Source: Yuukianura sp. NJ FZ-2021
Taxonomy: Eukaryota
Assembly (NCBI GenBank): GCA_046563655.1
Contig: CM102290.1
Span: 12,462,001 to 12,526,000 of the forward strand
Length of the DNA: 64,000 nucleotides
Reading direction: 5' to 3'
Shown here one piece after another: positions 59,401-64,000 of this stretch (position 1 is the first letter of the stretch; each line of letters opens with the position of its first letter). The translations under genes and the position numbers were made by a program. Under the pieces are notes generated by a model. The model saw only the letters and a program-made list of their open reading frames with translations. It ran no database searches and was not told the origin of the DNA.

Positions 59401-60699
59401 ACCCCCACTTAAGTCCTCTCATCTCAAGATGGAAATTGTTTCATCTTCTCCCTTACAACAACTTTATTTCCTTTCGTCATCATAAAATGTTTCAAAAGTG
59501 AATCACTAACTTTGTCGTAGACATCAAAATTTTGAAAATTTCCAAAATTCAAGGAAACGGAGAAGTAAAATTTTGGTTTTCAAAATGGTTACGGCGACTA
59601 CGACAGAAATCTTAGAAATTAGAAAGGGTGTCGGTGTTCAAAAACAAGGTTTTTCTAATTGTTTCAAATCATAAAGTTTTTGTTTAGAATTTCGAAAAAA
59701 AGGAGAGATTTTATAGCTATTTTCAAAAAGACAAAAATTTTGATCTTTATCCCCTGTCACCACTTTTCAAGATTTATGTCCAATTTGGTCCTTAACTTCT
59801 TCATTTTTCAAACACAACATCTTCCTAATCGCCAATCATCCAAAGTCGATTGGGTACAAATTCTAATGAAAATTTTGACAAAACTGAATTTTTTTTTTCA
59901 AAAAATGCAAAGTTTGCACAAAAGTACTCCTGTTTATAGGAATTTTAAATGAACATTTCTTGTTAAAAACTTTGTTGATGTTTGGAGTTCTTTTTTTTTT
60001 GAAAATTCCACTTCAGACAAACCTTGCTCCTTAAGTTTCAAATTTTGAGTGACAGTGTTTAAATATTTTTGTTTGAAATTTCATAAAGAGATTGTTTTAT
60101 TATGGGAGGGATATAAAATATTTTTATGTGTTGCATAAAAGCCTTGTAAAAAGCTTCTTTCTCATCTCGTTTCCACTTTTCACACCTTTTAACAATGGAA
60201 GAATAACTTGTCAATCCAAAACAATTAGCAAGTACCTACCTACGTCATTGATTTCAAGTTGGCACATGCGCAGAATCAGAATTGAAGCTGCGCAACAGGT
60301 TGGTTTCGGTCCAAGGTCAATGACCTCTACCCGGATCCAATCCGACATAAGTCAAATTCCGCAGTAATTTTTAACATTCTGCTACACTTTATTTTTTACG
60401 AGAACTGAATTACAGCTGTTTAATTAACTGTAATTAATTAATTACTTTAACTCTACGTGATTAATTTACCTTCGTTAACTTTCCCATAAATAAATAACAG
60501 AAAGGTTGTTCAATATGTTATTTTTTTCAGAATCCAATTGGAGTAGCTTGGAACGTTGACGACGTAGACTCCAGGAATGCCCTACTGAACACATCCAATG
60601 CCCCATGCGACGAGTCCCACCACTTGGAAGTCTCCGGCGTCACTAGTCTGGAAACCAATTTTGAGCTAAATCGGAAACAAAAAGAAATCAATTTTTTTT

Positions 60700-61395
60700 T
60701 TCAGAATTTTGCAAAATTGTTTCCGACAATTTTTTTTTTGCATATTCGTGTTCAGTTACACTCAAATTAGTCTAGACAATAGTTATTGTACAAACCGGAT
60801 GTTACCAAGAGTAAACCCTTTTTTCCTCGGGCTAACATCGAGGCTACAGATATTTTTTTTTTCAAGTAAGCTCTTAGTATACTTTTTTAAAAGTAGCAGT
60901 AGCTACAGTGGAGACAATAAATAATACTGGATTTGCAAAGGTTAACTTGAGCGCAATCTGGTTTTCAAAACGCACAGCTGTCCGAGACTGTCTAGTTATA
61001 GTTGAAGCAAGCGAGCGTATATTTCTCCACGTTACAAGGAGCATTTGTATTCCGTGTTTTATCCACGGGAGTTCAACATGACCAGACAATTGACGAGACG
61101 CTGGCTTACAAGATAACTAGCGGCACTGCACATTTCGGCTGGGAATGACCACTGAGCAATGAATTCTTGAATTTGTACCAATTTCATGTTTTCAGAAATT
61201 ATTGCATAGAGACGAGCCCCTGCTAACTTTCTGGAGTACCAAGAAATTGTCTGGAAACGAGACCCTGCTAACTCCCTTAAATTTAAACTATGATTTACAT
61301 GTAATAAATAACATGCTAAAAAGTATTTGCGACATACTAAATCGGGATAGCGCGTGAACACTTTAGGCCACACTTTCCTTACGTCAACCACTGTG
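60700..61395. mobile_element. Second copy of the element end, terminating in CCACTGTG
   Basis: Colinear with 41700-42374 (cctcgggctaacatcgaggctacagat..., cgcacagctgtccgagactgtctagtt, ...cttacgtcaaccact). Similarity stops at this terminus. Confidence 0.85.
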
Positions 61396-61800
61396 TTCAG
61401 CCGAGACCGAGACAGCCTCAGTAAAGATAGCAGGCAAGACAGACGACGACGGAGTTGTTCTGTCTTGTCGTTTCGGATTTCGGAAGTTAGATCATCCGGG
61501 TTTTCTCTTTTATTCGCAACAACTTCTTGTATTATTGAGATTATAATCGGTGACAGAATCTTGGATTGGGCAGAGAATCAACTGAAATATTGAGTAGTGA
61601 AGATACCAGTTTAGGGTAAGTAACGGAGGGAGATTGACTAGGAGAAATCATATACAAGTGTACATAATTGTACATACTAGTACTAACCAAACCAGTACAC
61701 GTAAGAAGATACATAGAAGTTAAGTAAAGTCGGTGCCGGTTTGTATTAACCTAAGCTTTATTCTATAATTTCTAGGATCAGTCCTGTCTGAATAGTAAGG

Positions 61801-63814
61801 ATGGTGAGCCCCGGAAAACGTTCGCGTTCTTCTTCTTCATCGAGTTCTAGTTCCTCATCTTCATCATCATCATCGAGCTCTTCATCAGAGGAAAGTCCAC
61901 CAAGGACCAAAAGCAAATCGAAAACCCCACCGAAAAATACGACCGCGTCGAATGTATCCGACATTAAACGTCCTCCAGCACCACCACCACCACCAGAAGC
62001 CAAGTTGAGCCGAAGTTCTGGACAACGTCCAAAGTCGCGTTCACCTCAACCTCGCCGAGAGGAACCTCGGAAGACTGAAAGTGTTCGAGATAATACCCGG
62101 GATGAAGTGAGACGTTCATCAGGATCTTCAGCATCAGCAGCTACTAGCACTCACACGGCAAGGTAACTTCTAGTGGGATTCAAATAATTATGGCTTATTA
62201 CTATTATAAATTCCATTCCAATAAGATACATGAATTCGTAATAGGAATCAGATATCATTTACTGCTTCTAATAAAACTTTATTTGAATTATAGGCACAAT
62301 GATCGACGCTCATCTAATGACACAGGGAAGCCAAGTCATGCATTGAGAGGCAGATCTCGATCACGAAGTCCAGAGATTAGAAGACGCGATAGAAGCGTTG
62401 AGAGGAGGCGGGACGATGTGAGAAGCAGCTATACCTCGGCCGGCTCATCCAAACAAGTTGTTGCAAAGCGAGCAAGATCACCTAGTCCACGAGAAAGAAA
62501 TAGGAAAAGATCACCTAGCCCGCGTGAGAAACGTAGACGGTCGCGTACACCCCCTGTTCAAAAGCCCCGTTCGGAACACAAGATGGGATCAGAAACTGTG
62601 ACTCACGACAAGGTTCGTCATACTTCGGGTGGCGGAACACGGACAGACAGACACTCTGATTCCAGAGCAGATTCCTCCAAACGGAAACTCGGTACAGTTC
62701 CAGCGGACGATGGAAAGTCCAAACGCGGGAAGGAGATTGAACAACGAGATGAAGTGCGGTCTTACACTCCGCCACCACGTCATTCGAGCTCAAAGACTGT
62801 CCCTGATGACAGAAAGAGACCAGCACCAGCAGAGGCCAAGAAAGTGGACGAATCAGATGCCAAGAGACGACATACATCAAGTGGAGAACGAGCACGGCGA
62901 CCTTCTGGAGAAGACAAGCACACGAAAATGGATATTGTCAAGGCTCAAGATTCCGCCAGCTCAAACCTTTCTTCTAAAACGGAGAAGAAACCTACGGAAT
63001 CCAGACCAACGAAAGAAGCTGACAAAAGAGCCGTTCCTGTTTCCACTCATTCCGATTATGACCGAGACGTTGGCAAAAGTGGTTCTCGGTCTAAAGACAG
63101 AGAAAAGGATAAACCAAAAGTATCTGCTCCGAGTGAACGAGGAAGTGACAAGGACAAGGCGAGTACTGCAGTCATGAAATCCAAGCCAGAGATGCCACCT
63201 CCGCCTGCAGCCAAAAGAATTGCCGTTGTCAAGCCTAAACAAAAGCTCAAAGAAAAAGTGTCGACTGATTCTTCTTCCTCTGAATCATCTGGGAGCGAAT
63301 CCAGTTCATCCGATGAACGTCGGAAGAGACGTAAGAAACGAAAAGCCAAGGCAATGAAGAAGAAGCATTCAAAGAAATCCAAGAAGCACCACCGATCCAA
63401 GAAGTCGAAGAAAGTTAGCAAGAGGAAGAAACGGATGAAGGCAAAGAGTCCCAGTTCAAGTAGTAGCAGTGAAGATAGTTCAAGTAGTTCCGAGTCTTCC
63501 GATGCCTCTGACACTGGTCCACGTAAAGAGATTCCAAAGGACAAGGGTACCAAAGATGCTGCTTCCAATGGAGCAAAGTACTCTAAAACTACTTCGGAAG
63601 CACCTTCAGCCGTTCCAGCAAGTGAGACCAAGAGAGGCGATTCGGCCAAAGTAGAGGCCAAGGGCAAAGATTCATCAGCTGACATGGACTCGGGGAGAAG
63701 TGAGAAAGACAAAGACTTGGACAGGAAGCGGTTTAAGCCGATGTCAATGGAGGAGTTCCAGAAGCAGCAGAAGACTGTTCGTAAAGTCCAAGATCCGGAA
63801 ACTGGCAGAACCCG
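61801..63814 (+). CDS. ARL6IP4: ARL6-interacting protein 4 / SR-25-like SR-rich protein, 3' end beyond window
   Basis: S/R/K-rich protein ending KPMSMEEFQKQQKTVRKVQDPETGRTR| at a donor, which I recognise as the SR-25 C-terminal motif. Intron at about 62163-62293. Confidence 0.85.
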
Positions 63815-64000
63815 GTAAGATTCGTTTAATGCTTAAATTACGTTTTTCAAATTAAATATTTTCTTGAGACATAGGTACTCGAAAGGAGAAATTGACGTGG
63901 ACGCCTGTTAAGCAATCAGGAACATTTCAGGAATTTTCCTGAGATATCAGTGTCTCAGGAACTCTGAATATGAACTGATTGTTATAAGAGGCATCCACGG

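Noticed and set aside
42400..60700. ParaHox cluster around caudal
   Set aside because: No second homeobox (Gsx/ind or Xlox) was seen. The many short F/K-rich ORFs come from A/T runs.

Overview
Gene-dense eukaryotic DNA with short (about 55-100 nt) spliceosomal introns, most likely an arthropod. A springtail-like basal hexapod is my inference from the WS/DGAT gene, TTAGG repeats, arthropod-type caudal and compact introns. Contents left to right: a catalytically dead serine-protease homolog; a WS/DGAT acyltransferase; a 13.5 kb patchwork (about 6.6-20 kb) of shuffled, diverged duplicate modules holding an orphan spliced gene, a 35-aa transmembrane micropeptide gene and decayed ORFs; DNA polymerase epsilon catalytic subunit (minus); a short CCDC81-like HU-domain gene; a coiled-coil gene; ZNHIT3 with a hairpin-rich leader; a tail-anchored orphan; aldolase with two alternative last exons, a GC-AG intron and upstream ERR-type sites; a caudal homeobox gene in about 20 kb of non-coding DNA bracketed by two direct copies of a DNA-transposon-like end; and the 5' part of ARL6IP4/SR-25. 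No prokaryotic features or CRISPR arrays were found. All alignments and splice models were made by eye.
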